DNA from: a bacterium
GTDB taxonomy: Bacteria; Patescibacteriota; Minisyncoccia; Phycocordibacterales; UBA9973
NCBI GenBank assembly: GCA_037143195.1
Contig: JBAWZD010000002.1
Location: 207,157 to 271,156, forward strand
Reading direction: 5' to 3'
DNA length: 64,000 bases
The notes beneath the pieces were generated by a model that was given only the letters and a program-made list of their open reading frames with translations, ran no database searches and was not told where the DNA came from. How positions within the stretch are numbered: the stretch's first letter is position 1; every line of letters begins with the position of its first letter. Of this stretch, positions 38,555-47,835 are shown in pieces. The translations under genes were made by a program, and so were the position numbers.

Positions 38555-39070
38555 ATGCAATACAATCTTCATCCGCTGTTTGTGCACTTCCCAGTTGCCA
38601 TGTTGTTCGTCTATTCGATTATCAAAATCCTCCCAACAGAGCGTTGGTTTCCGACGGTCGCGTGGAAACACATTGAGCGTGCGCTTCTTGTGTTTGGAGT
38701 AGCTGGTGCATTTCTTGCGCTCGCGACTGGTGATACTGCAGAACACCTCTCGACTGCGAGTCGACCACTGATTGAAATGCACTCGACATTCGCCGGACTT
38801 GCGACAGCACTCTACGGAGCACTCCTTGCTGGAGAATTTTTGAATGTTGTAAATCCGATGCTTGTTCCAAAAATCAAAAACACCACACTCGTGTCACTTC
38901 TCACATGGCTTGAAAAAATCCTCACCAACAAAATCTTTTCAATCGTGCTCGCTACGCTCGCACTCATCGCGATTACCGTGACTGGTTTGCTCGGAGGAGT
39001 CATCGTCTATGGAGTTTCGGCTGACCCAATGGCAGGTATCGTCGTCAAAATGCTCGGCTTGAGTCTCTAG
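38555..39070 (+). CDS. membrane protein (DUF2231-like)
   Basis: hydrophobic profile. Confidence 0.45.
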   Translation: MQYNLHPLFVHFPVAMLFVYSIIKILPTERWFPTVAWKHIERALLVFGVAGAFLALATGDTAEHLSTASRPLIEMHSTFAGLATALYGALLAGEFLNVVNPMLVPKIKNTTLVSLLTWLEKILTNKIFSIVLATLALIAITVTGLLGGVIVYGVSADPMAGIVVKMLGLSL

Positions 39071-39075
39071 TCCCC

Positions 39076-39645
39076 GTGAAAATTCATTCAGCACAATTCG
39101 TCAAAGGCATCATCGGTGATGATGAAATCTTGCACAAGAAAAAACCGGAGATTGCTTTCATTGGGCGATCAAACGTTGGCAAGTCGAGTGTGATTAATTC
39201 ATTCTTGAATGCACGTGAGCTTGCACGCACGGGCAAGAAGCAAGGCAAGACGACGGAAATCAATCTCTTTCTCGTGAATGAGAAATATTATTTCGTCGAT
39301 CTCCCCGGGTATGGATTTGCTGAGGGTGGCCACGAGGCGCGTGAAAACATTCGCGCGATGATCATCAATTATTTCACCCGCAAGACTGATTCGATTCGAT
39401 GCGTCGTTGTGATTCTCGATGCCAAAGTCGGTATCACGGATTACGATCGCGATATGCTTGAAATCTTGTTTGATAACGGACGAAATGCTATTGTCGTGTT
39501 GAACAAGACGGACAAGCTCACGCAAAAGGAAGTCTCGCAAGCAGTGAAGACAATCGCAAACGAATTTCCCGAGCTTGAAGTGTTTCCGTATTCGGCAAAA
39601 TTGAGCAAAGGCGCAGGACGAATTTTAGAAAGAGTAATACAATAG
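39076..39645 (+). CDS. engB: ribosome biogenesis GTPase YsxC/EngB
   Basis: GRSNVGKSS P-loop, DLPGYG. Confidence 0.85.
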   Translation: MKIHSAQFVKGIIGDDEILHKKKPEIAFIGRSNVGKSSVINSFLNARELARTGKKQGKTTEINLFLVNEKYYFVDLPGYGFAEGGHEARENIRAMIINYFTRKTDSIRCVVVILDAKVGITDYDRDMLEILFDNGRNAIVVLNKTDKLTQKEVSQAVKTIANEFPELEVFPYSAKLSKGAGRILERVIQ

Positions 39646-39651
39646 ATATAT

Positions 39652-40128
39652 ATGAATGCAACATTCCACACAAACAAGGGTGAGTTTACGATTGAGCTTT
39701 TTGACAAAGAGGTGCCAAACACCGTCGCCAATTTTGTGAAGCTCGCGAAGTCTGATTTTTATAACGGAGTGAAATTCCACCGCGTGATTGCGGGATTCAT
39801 GATTCAAGGTGGCGATCCGCTCACCAAAGATGATGCTATGAAGCCACGCTGGGGGACAGGTGGTCCAGGCTACAGTTTCAATGATGAGATTAGCGACGTG
39901 AACAAAAACGTAATGGGCACGATTTCAATGGCAAACGCTGGTCCAAACACCAACGGCAGTCAGTTTTTCATCAACTGTAACGACAACAATTTCCTTGATC
40001 GCAAGCACACCGTCTTCGGTCATGTCACCGACGGCATGGAAGTCGTGCAAGATATCGAAGCAACGCCTGTCGATGGACGTGATTGTCCAATCGAGAGTGT
40101 AGTGATTGAATCAATCATCATTAGTTAA
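39652..40128 (+). CDS. peptidyl-prolyl cis-trans isomerase (cyclophilin type)
   Basis: FHRVIAGFMIQGGDP. Confidence 0.9.
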   Translation: MNATFHTNKGEFTIELFDKEVPNTVANFVKLAKSDFYNGVKFHRVIAGFMIQGGDPLTKDDAMKPRWGTGGPGYSFNDEISDVNKNVMGTISMANAGPNTNGSQFFINCNDNNFLDRKHTVFGHVTDGMEVVQDIEATPVDGRDCPIESVVIESIIIS

Positions 40129-40235
40129 TCGATTAGGAGTCATTATACGTGGGGCACATTCTGGTTATTAAAATAGTATAGAATATAAAAATGGTCGCCA
40201 AGAAAATAAATTCAAGACGACCATACTCTGATTGA

Positions 40236-40475
40236 CTAATTCCACTCTTTAAAAGAAATAACAATTTTTTTCCAATTTTCTCGAAGGCTTTTTTGGGGGT
40301 CGTACAGACTGTCGTTCCATGCAACAAAACCTGATATACCGCCTATGAGAGCATAAAAAAAAGGATTGACATGTGTTAATAGTGTCAACAAAGGGAATAT
40401 AATAATTCCCAAAAACGTTGATATCATTCGTTGTTTAGTTATTCGAGGTACATTCATCTTGATTACAATTTCCAA
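40236..40475 (-). CDS. small membrane protein
   Basis: ORF; diverged copy of the promoter module (ttgaca-N18-tataat on minus strand) upstream at about 40470-40510. Confidence 0.4.
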   Translation of the reverse strand: MEIVIKMNVPRITKQRMISTFLGIIIFPLLTLLTHVNPFFYALIGGISGFVAWNDSLYDPQKSLRENWKKIVISFKEWN

Positions 40476-40538
40476 TATTATATAATATATTTACATAATT
40501 TGTCAAGTCTTTAGGAAAAAACGGTTATCCACACTTGC

Positions 40539-40558
40539 ATGTGAACGAACGTTCACAT
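40539..40558. promoter_or_regulatory. candidate LexA (Cheo-type) operator ATGTGAACG-AA-CGTTCACAT
   Basis: perfect 9-bp inverted repeat containing GAAC-N4-GTTC, upstream of the small ORF and lexA. Confidence 0.5.
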
Positions 40559-40607
40559 ATACTTCTTACAGAGGTCGCAAGTAGAAATAATCAAAAAGAA
40601 ATCATTT

Positions 40608-40805
40608 ATGTCTCGTCAAGAATATCTCAAATTGCTCGAAAAAGAGCTCCAGCGTGTGAACAAAATTATCGACTACAAGATCCTGCATGGTATGGAATAT
40701 CGTAGTGAGGCGCGTGATCACAAATTGCTTCTCCGCAAAGTCCGTCAGAATAATCACCGCAGTTTCTTGAACAAAATGTTTCCAACGCTTTCGTTTTTTT
40801 CTTAG
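40608..40805 (+). CDS. small basic protein upstream of lexA
   Basis: ORF only. Confidence 0.35.
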   Translation: MSRQEYLKLLEKELQRVNKIIDYKILHGMEYRSEARDHKLLLRKVRQNNHRSFLNKMFPTLSFFS

Positions 40806-40826
40806 TGTTCACCCCACGAATCTTTT

Positions 40827-41393
40827 ATGGAAACTGATTACAAAAAAATTCTCCTCAATTTCTACAGTAGGGAAAAGCGCATGCCGACATATTCGGAAAT
40901 GCTCAGTCTCTTTGGCTTCAAGTCAAAGAATGCAGTCAATCGCATTGTCGAGAAATTGCTCGATGCAGGCATCGTAGCCAAAGACCGCCTTGGTCGCCTG
41001 ATACCAACTGCGAGCTTCACCGAAGTGCCACTTCTTGGACTCGTGAAGGCTGGATTTCCCGCCGAAGCAGACACACTCGTCGAGACGACTATTAACCTTG
41101 ATAGTTTTCTCATACAAAAAAAGGAATCGACATTCATTCTTGAAGTTGATGGCGACTCAATGATTGAAGCACATATTGCTGACGGAGATATGGTGATAGC
41201 TGAACGCACCGAACACGCACGAGACGGACAGATTGTGATTGCCGAAGTCGATGGTGAATTTACGATGAAATATTTTCGCAAGGAAGGTGATACAATATGG
41301 CTCGAGCCCGCCAACAAGCACTTTAAACCGATTTACCCTGAGCGTTCACTCAACATCAAGGCGATCGTCAAAGGCGTGGTTCGAAAATATTAA
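40827..41393 (+). CDS. lexA: LexA repressor (S24 peptidase)
   Basis: N-terminal HTH, GDSMIEAHIADGD serine-protease motif. Confidence 0.85.
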   Translation: METDYKKILLNFYSREKRMPTYSEMLSLFGFKSKNAVNRIVEKLLDAGIVAKDRLGRLIPTASFTEVPLLGLVKAGFPAEADTLVETTINLDSFLIQKKESTFILEVDGDSMIEAHIADGDMVIAERTEHARDGQIVIAEVDGEFTMKYFRKEGDTIWLEPANKHFKPIYPERSLNIKAIVKGVVRKY

Positions 41394-41644
41394 TGAAAGA
41401 GCGAATTACTTTTAATACTGTCGCGCAAATTTGTTTGGTGCTCTTTACGAGTCTTGGTTTCCTTTTGACCGCACTCAAGCTCCCTGCATATGGTCTCGTT
41501 TCAAACTTGCTCGCGCAAGTTTTTTGGATTTACAGCACATATCGTTCGTGGAAGCAGGCCAACCAAGTTGGCGCCTTTATCAATACGATCATCACAACGG
41601 TCATTATCGTTGCCGGAGTCATCAATTACTGGTTTTTGAAATAG
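41393..41644 (+). CDS. small membrane protein
   Basis: ORF, two helices, start overlaps lexA stop. Confidence 0.45.
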   Translation: MKERITFNTVAQICLVLFTSLGFLLTALKLPAYGLVSNLLAQVFWIYSTYRSWKQANQVGAFINTIITTVIIVAGVINYWFLK

Positions 41645-41709
41645 GCATGATTGCTTGATACGGCGAGCTAATTAAGTTACTATCGTGTCTGGGAACCGAA
41701 TCGATTCAT

Positions 41710-42261
41710 ATGGAACACAAAAAATACATCATTGCCTTCGTTGGACACGCCTGCACCGGCAAGTCTGCTGCTGCACGTGCCCTCGCTGAAAAAGCCTCTG
41801 ATATCTATCTCGTTTCGACAGACAAACAAAAGTGGCTCCTTTCAGGATACGATCGTAATACGCATCCGGTACCTATCAAGGAGATTACGTTTGGATTGTT
41901 TAAAGCTGTATGCAAAACGGGACTTCCGATTCAGCTTGAATACATTCGAACAAAGGAAGACTATTTTGCATGTCGACGCGTGGCGAAAAAATTTGGGTAT
42001 GAATTGTTTGTGTTCGAGTTTCTCGCTCCGCTCCCCGTACTCCTCGAACGATTCCATGCACGTGTTGCAGATGCGAAGGCGACTGGCAAGAAAATTTCCA
42101 TCACTACTGAAGAAGTATTTTTACAAAATATTCAAAAAGGATACTATGCTCCGTCGAACGCAATGCGATTTGATACGACACAAGTATCGACTGAGGAAAT
42201 TGTCGCGAAGGTTATCGATCGGCTCGGATCAGATTTTACTCATATTGAATTACAACCATAA
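41710..42261 (+). CDS. P-loop NTPase/kinase-like protein
   Basis: Walker A GHACTGKS. Confidence 0.6.
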   Translation: MEHKKYIIAFVGHACTGKSAAARALAEKASDIYLVSTDKQKWLLSGYDRNTHPVPIKEITFGLFKAVCKTGLPIQLEYIRTKEDYFACRRVAKKFGYELFVFEFLAPLPVLLERFHARVADAKATGKKISITTEEVFLQNIQKGYYAPSNAMRFDTTQVSTEEIVAKVIDRLGSDFTHIELQP

Positions 42262-43121
42262 TGGAACAAGAATATATCGTTTTACTTTTTTATAAATTCG
42301 TCGATATCGCAGATCCAAAAGGATTTGCGGATGTGCATCGCGCGAAAGCTACAGAACTTGGACTCAAAGGCCGATTGCTCGTGGGTGAAGAGGGTATCAA
42401 TGGCACACTCGAGGGCACACGTACTTCGACGGATGCGTACAAGGAATTCATGAAGCAGGACCCTCTGTTTCGCGATATGAAAATCAAGGAAAGCGTCGGT
42501 ACTGGAAAGTCATTTCCAAAATTGAAGGTCAAAGTGCGTGATGAGATTGTGACGCTCGGTGCAGGACGTTTTAACGTTGCAGAAGAAACAGCGACTGAAC
42601 TTTCACCACGCGAACTCGAAGAATGGTATGAAAACGACAAAGACTTCGTCGTGCTTGATTTGCGCAACGACTTTGAAATCAAAAGTGGAAAGTTTGACCG
42701 CACGATCGATCCAGGGCTCGTACATTTCCGCGACTTGCCACAAAAGATGGAATCGATGAAAGATTTGAAAAACAAAAAAGTGGTGACTGTCTGTACCGGA
42801 GGGATTCGTTGTGAAAAGGCGACATGTCTCTTGAAACGTGAAGGATTCACCGATGTGTATCAACTCAAAGATGGTATCCATACATATATGGAGCAGTACC
42901 CAGGCAAGCATTTCAAGGGAACACTCTTCGTGTTCGACGATCGTATGACCACAGACGTCGTTCCAACTCCAGAAAAAGAAGTCATCGGCACCTGTTTTTT
43001 CTGCGGAACACAAACTGAAAACTATTGTTCTGACGACAGCGTCCGCCCATCACGTAAGATTCTAGTGTGTGCTAGTTGTTACGAAGTAGAAAAACATCGA
43101 CTTCGCGCAAACGTAAAGTAA
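42261..43121 (+). CDS. trhO: rhodanese-domain tRNA uridine(34) hydroxylase (UPF0176/YceA)
   Basis: LLFYKF...GRLLVGEEGINGT N-terminus, rhodanese Cys loop. Confidence 0.8.
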   Translation: MEQEYIVLLFYKFVDIADPKGFADVHRAKATELGLKGRLLVGEEGINGTLEGTRTSTDAYKEFMKQDPLFRDMKIKESVGTGKSFPKLKVKVRDEIVTLGAGRFNVAEETATELSPRELEEWYENDKDFVVLDLRNDFEIKSGKFDRTIDPGLVHFRDLPQKMESMKDLKNKKVVTVCTGGIRCEKATCLLKREGFTDVYQLKDGIHTYMEQYPGKHFKGTLFVFDDRMTTDVVPTPEKEVIGTCFFCGTQTENYCSDDSVRPSRKILVCASCYEVEKHRLRANVK

Positions 43122-43135
43122 GGTTCATTGTACAA

Positions 43136-43253
43136 CCGGACAAATAAAAAACTCTTTTGAAGAAGGCCTTTCGCAGGCGCTTGGCGCCGAGAAGCTCGCG
43201 CGCGAGCACGCGTGACGAGTTGCCTTTTCAAAAGAGTTTTTTAATTTGTCCGG
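43136..43253. terminator. 118-bp palindromic bidirectional terminator between convergent genes
   Basis: ccggacaaataaaaaactcttttgaa / ttcaaaagagttttttaatttgtccgg arms with GC-rich core. Confidence 0.65.
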
Positions 43254-43257
43254 CTAT

Positions 43258-43404
43258 TTAGCGAACCGGATTTTTGGACATTCGTATGAGAGTTAATATA
43301 ACTGCTACTACGAGGAGAAGGTGAATGTACATACCTCCGACATGGAATACGAACGCTCCGAGAATCCATGCGACGCCGAGAACAAATGCGATTGTTGCAG
43401 ACAT
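43258..43404 (-). CDS. lmo0937-family small membrane protein (48 aa; below the ORF-track cutoff)
   Basis: MSATIAFVLGVAWILGAFVFHVGGMYIHLLLVVAVILTLIRMSKNPVR resembles the family consensus. Confidence 0.65.
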   Translation of the reverse strand: MSATIAFVLGVAWILGAFVFHVGGMYIHLLLVVAVILTLIRMSKNPVR

Positions 43405-43413
43405 AGAGATTGA

Positions 43414-43776
43414 TTATGTGCGAGCTTTTTTGGCTGCAGGCATCTTAGCTTTGAGATCTTTGACCATTCCACGGAAATTCTTTTTGAGCATCGTGACTTC
43501 AGCTTCGAGGTCGCTTGGGTCAACATTTTTCATATCCTTGTATTTCATTGCAAGAGCGTCAACCATCTCTTCATATGCAGGTGTTGTAAGCTCTTCGATT
43601 TTTTCCATCTTGTCGAGTGCGTCAGCTTTCATCTTGAGCATCCAACTCTTCAAATTCTTCTGATGCTTTTTGCCCTCAGGTCCAAAGAGGAGATATGCTG
43701 CACCTGCGAGACCTATCACTCCTGCACCAATTGCAATCTTGAGTCCTGTTGTATTCGTTGCTGTTTTCTTTGCCAT
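43414..43776 (-). CDS. YtxH-like membrane-anchored protein
   Basis: N-terminal helix then charged coiled region. Confidence 0.55.
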   Translation of the reverse strand: MAKKTATNTTGLKIAIGAGVIGLAGAAYLLFGPEGKKHQKNLKSWMLKMKADALDKMEKIEELTTPAYEEMVDALAMKYKDMKNVDPSDLEAEVTMLKKNFRGMVKDLKAKMPAAKKART

Positions 43777-43859
43777 AATAGTATGTGTTTGTTACGGATA
43801 ATAATGCACGTATTGTACGCTTATGCTGGAGCACACGCAATAAACCAAATAGGTGGGGA

Positions 43860-44123
43860 TTATTCTGCCTTTTGTTTCGTTTGACGTTTTGCCTTTCGTC
43901 CAAAAAGAAGATTGAACAAAAAGCTTTCCTTGATTGATTGCGAGAGGGCGTCAGCATGGTCGAAGGTAGATTCGATGCTCTGCTCGAGTCTGTCGCTTGC
44001 TCGCTTGATATTCTTGAGGATTTTGATGAGATAAACAGCAATAATAACACCCAGAATCGTAAAAATACCTACGGCAATAGTGGTAATAAAGAAAAATATG
44101 TCGGCTTTCATGAATGTATCCAT
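43860..44123 (-). CDS. DUF948-like small membrane protein
   Basis: single N-terminal TM plus coiled region. Confidence 0.55.
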   Translation of the reverse strand: MDTFMKADIFFFITTIAVGIFTILGVIIAVYLIKILKNIKRASDRLEQSIESTFDHADALSQSIKESFLFNLLFGRKAKRQTKQKAE

Positions 44124-44200
44124 ACTTGTATTCTACCATTTTTAGCGAAATGCAGTATACTGATAGGTGTCGACTTATGTGCGCCTATTGTAAAATTTTT

Positions 44201-44497
44201 ATGGAACATACATCATCAAAAAAGACTATCGGTATCATTGTTATTCTCGTTATTATCATCGTCGGTATTTTGCTCATGATGAAGAAATCAGCACCGATTA
44301 CCGTGCCAACTTCAACAGCAAATACTCCTTCGACGAGCCAGCCAGCACCAGCTCCTGTCGTAGACACAAGCCCAGCAGGACTTATCAAATCAAGTGGCAC
44401 AGCAACAGCAAGTTTGGAGCAAGACTCTGCGTCAGTTGATGCAGCATTAAAAGGTTTGAGTACTGACACAACTTCAGCAAACCAAGCAGTACAGTAA
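44201..44497 (+). CDS. membrane-anchored Pro/Thr/Ser-rich protein
   Basis: ORF trimmed to ATG 44201. Confidence 0.4.
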   Translation: MEHTSSKKTIGIIVILVIIIVGILLMMKKSAPITVPTSTANTPSTSQPAPAPVVDTSPAGLIKSSGTATASLEQDSASVDAALKGLSTDTTSANQAVQ

Positions 44498-44525
44498 CCA
44501 TTATTCATTCATCATATTTTATTCT

Positions 44526-45332
44526 ATGAATACACATACAACCCGAAAAATTGCGACCGCCGTGCTCCCGATTATCTGCGCACTTGCATTTGCAACGCCA
44601 ACGTTTGCGACAACAACTCCAAAGGTAGTTCATCCTACTGCACAAACTGCAGCAAAGAACACTGCCAAGACAACGACTCCTTCAGCCGCGAAAGTATCAA
44701 AGACTGAAACAGAAATCGATTCACGCGTGAGCGCACTCACCGCACTTGAGAATCGTATTACTACGATGACTCGCGTCAGTCAGGATGTAAAAAATCAGTT
44801 GACGACAACTATTCAGTCAACAATCGCCTCACTCGGTGCATTGAAGACCAAGCTTTCGACTGACACTGCAGCTGAACTCAAGGCAGACACACTTACTATG
44901 ACTGCTGGTACTCGCGTGTACGCACTCGTCGTTCCACAGGTTCGCATTCTTGCAGCAGCTGATCGTGCAAATACTGTTGCCGACATGCTTACCAATGTTG
45001 ATGCGAAACTCAAGACACGTCTCTCTGATGCAACGACTGCAGGCAAAGACGTAACAGCACTCGCCACAGCTGAGACTGACATGGAAGCAAAGATCAGTGA
45101 TGCGAATACACAGATTCAGGCCGTACTTTCTGGTGTTTCAAACCTTACTCCAGATGGTGGGGACAAGACCAAGCTTGCATCAAACACACTCGCACTCAAG
45201 ACTGCTCGCACAGCACTCAAGACCGCTGAACAGGACCTTACTGCAGCTCAAAAGGACTCAAAGACCATCGTAAATGGTCTCAAGGCAATGGAGGGAGCAA
45301 AGACACAGACAGAGACCACAACGACTCACTAA
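44526..45332 (+). CDS. secreted Ala/Thr-rich coiled-coil protein
   Basis: signal peptide; low-complexity helical. Confidence 0.5.
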   Translation: MNTHTTRKIATAVLPIICALAFATPTFATTTPKVVHPTAQTAAKNTAKTTTPSAAKVSKTETEIDSRVSALTALENRITTMTRVSQDVKNQLTTTIQSTIASLGALKTKLSTDTAAELKADTLTMTAGTRVYALVVPQVRILAAADRANTVADMLTNVDAKLKTRLSDATTAGKDVTALATAETDMEAKISDANTQIQAVLSGVSNLTPDGGDKTKLASNTLALKTARTALKTAEQDLTAAQKDSKTIVNGLKAMEGAKTQTETTTTH

Positions 45333-45368
45333 GGAGACAATACGCTGATACTGTGCTAGCCTAAGAGT

Positions 45369-46145
45369 ATGAGCCAAGAAAAAATATATATGTACGGAAA
45401 GCATGCGCTCATCGAAGCGCTTCTTTCCGCTCCAGAGATGCTTGAACACGTGTATCTCATGGAAAAACCAGACGGTGAACTCGCCGGATTGATTGAGTCG
45501 ACAGGACTCGCGTATTCACGTTTTGATTCAAAGACGATTCCACGTGGTGTTGAGCGCGATGCGAACCACCAGGGATATATTGGATCAATTCGCATGGGGC
45601 GTTTGGTCAAAGATTATGGGACGTTCATCTCAGGACTTGAGGTGACGAACGACACAGCTCTCGTTGTGATGGGTGAATTGCAAGACCCCCAAAACGTTGG
45701 AGCGGTGATCCGCACGGCAGCAGCGTTTGGTATCAAAGGAGTGCTCATTCCAGAACACAACCAAGCACAAGTCACTGGCACTGTCGTCAAAGTATCTGCT
45801 GGAATGGCATTTCGAGTTCCACTCGTTTCAATCGGCAATGTGAACGACACGCTTCGTGATTTGAAAGAACGCGGTTTTTGGATGTACGGTCTCGATGGGG
45901 AAGCAAAGCAATCAATCGTCGACGAAGCATTCGAAGCACCATCAGTATTCGTTTTTGGAAATGAACAAAACGGTATCCGTGAGAAGACACTTGAACTGTG
46001 CGATATTCCGCTTTCGATTCCGATGAGTCCAGATTGTGAATCACTCAACGTCGCAGCAAGTGCTGCTATTGCGCTCTACGCGTGGAGTACAAAGCATGAA
46101 AACGCACTCGGTCGCCCATGGAAAGGAGGTCGCTCTAAAAAATAA
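45369..46145 (+). CDS. TrmH/SpoU family RNA 2-prime-O-methyltransferase (RlmB-like)
   Basis: SPOUT motifs VFVFGNEQNGI, LNVAASAAIALY. Confidence 0.8.
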   Translation: MSQEKIYMYGKHALIEALLSAPEMLEHVYLMEKPDGELAGLIESTGLAYSRFDSKTIPRGVERDANHQGYIGSIRMGRLVKDYGTFISGLEVTNDTALVVMGELQDPQNVGAVIRTAAAFGIKGVLIPEHNQAQVTGTVVKVSAGMAFRVPLVSIGNVNDTLRDLKERGFWMYGLDGEAKQSIVDEAFEAPSVFVFGNEQNGIREKTLELCDIPLSIPMSPDCESLNVAASAAIALYAWSTKHENALGRPWKGGRSKK

Positions 46146-46160
46146 TCATCAATCAATTCT

Positions 46161-47021
46161 ATGCACTGGTTTCTCTATGCAATAACTGGTTCGATACTCG
46201 TTGGAGTGTTCGTTGCGTTGTTTAAAATTCCTGCACATAAAGGATACAAAAGTTTACCCGTATTACTTTTCTCGTTCTTAACATCAGGCATCGTTGCAAT
46301 CGGACTCTTTCACAACGCCTTTGCACTTACGAGCGTGGGTGTTCTCGTGTGTGCATTTTTATGGGGACTGAGTTTTGCTGTTGCTTCTGCGGTACAGATG
46401 CACGCGCTCCGTCATGTTGACGTTGCTGTGCTCTCGCCACTCACTGCGTCGCTCGGGCTTTCTGTGAGCGTCGTGCTCGGAATCTTTTTCTTTCACGATC
46501 CAATTTCATATTCCGCATGGAGTGGAATTACGCTCGTTATTTTGACGATTCTATTTTTGTCTGAGAAAAAGGAAAAGGATGAAGGCTCATTTTTTGGCGC
46601 GGGATTTTGGTTTGTACTTGTTATTGTTGCGCTCGGAGTATTTGGAACATTTTTGGTCAAATACGAAACAGTGCACTATTCAATTCAGGCGATTCAGCTC
46701 TACCAATATTTCTTTGCGATGCTTATGACCGGATTACTCATTCCAATCACCAAACAACATCGTGAAGGAAAGATTACGAAAAAGGATTGCATGGATGCTG
46801 CACCGTGGGGAATCGCGCTCGGACTTTTGTCTGTTGTCGGTGGCTACTTGATGTACCTCTCGTTCCAGACTGGTCCATTCGCAATCGTGAACGCGATCAA
46901 CTCGCTCTATATTATTGTCACAGTCATTGTGGCGGCAGTTTTGTTTAAAGAAAAACTCACCAAAAAGCGTGCCTTGCTCGTATTGTTTGCAGTTGTTGCG
47001 CTCATCCTCATGAATTTTTAA
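46161..47021 (+). CDS. EamA/DMT family transporter
   Basis: 10-TM duplicated EamA profile. Confidence 0.7.
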   Translation: MHWFLYAITGSILVGVFVALFKIPAHKGYKSLPVLLFSFLTSGIVAIGLFHNAFALTSVGVLVCAFLWGLSFAVASAVQMHALRHVDVAVLSPLTASLGLSVSVVLGIFFFHDPISYSAWSGITLVILTILFLSEKKEKDEGSFFGAGFWFVLVIVALGVFGTFLVKYETVHYSIQAIQLYQYFFAMLMTGLLIPITKQHREGKITKKDCMDAAPWGIALGLLSVVGGYLMYLSFQTGPFAIVNAINSLYIIVTVIVAAVLFKEKLTKKRALLVLFAVVALILMNF

Positions 47022-47798
47022 GTGAGTGTCTCCCGCGTTGCAAATGCTCACTCTTTGAGCTACGATTGCGGTATGACACCAGTCATTCTCTCGCTCCTCA
47101 CATTTTTCTCCACATTTTTTGGAGGGCTTTTTTCGCTCAAGAACAAGAATCGTCTGCACCTTATTATGGGCTTCACTGCGGGCGTATTGCTCGGCGTTGT
47201 TGCCTTTGATATTTTTCCAGAAATTATTTCACTCGTGAATGATGGGGGACGCAACCCTCTGTATCCGATGATCGCACTCGTGGCGGGATTTTTGATTTTT
47301 CATATTCTTGAGAAATCGATTCTCATTCACCATTCGCATGAAGATGAATACGAAGACCACAAACATCCCGATGTTGGAGTATTTTCTGCGCTCGCACTTG
47401 CGGGGCATAGCTTCATGGACGGCGTGGGTATTGGGCTCGGATTTCAAGTTTCAAACTCTGTTGGGATTCTTGTTGCGATCGCAGTGATTGCTCACGATTT
47501 CACTGACGGCATGAATACAATTACACTCATGCTGACAAACAAGAACAGCGTTAGCCGTGCGCGCTGGTTTCTCCTGATTGATGCGCTCGCTCCAGTACTT
47601 GGAGCTATATCGACACTTTTCTTTCATGTTTCAAATGGCTTTTTGGTGCTGTACCTCGGATTTTTTGCGGGATTCCTTTTGTATATCGGCGCGTCAGATA
47701 TTTTGCCTGAGGCACACAGTAAACACAGCTCATGGAAAACGATCGCCCTTACCGTGCTCGGCGTCGTGCTTACCTTTTGCGTGACACGCGTCGTCTAG
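47022..47798 (+). CDS. ZIP family metal cation transporter (alternative start ATG 47073)
   Basis: HSHEDEYEDHKH loop; GHSFMDGVGIG. Confidence 0.8.
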   Translation: MSVSRVANAHSLSYDCGMTPVILSLLTFFSTFFGGLFSLKNKNRLHLIMGFTAGVLLGVVAFDIFPEIISLVNDGGRNPLYPMIALVAGFLIFHILEKSILIHHSHEDEYEDHKHPDVGVFSALALAGHSFMDGVGIGLGFQVSNSVGILVAIAVIAHDFTDGMNTITLMLTNKNSVSRARWFLLIDALAPVLGAISTLFFHVSNGFLVLYLGFFAGFLLYIGASDILPEAHSKHSSWKTIALTVLGVVLTFCVTRVV

Positions 47799-47835
47799 TT
47801 TGAGAATACCGGCGAAGTTGCTAGAATAGCGGGAT

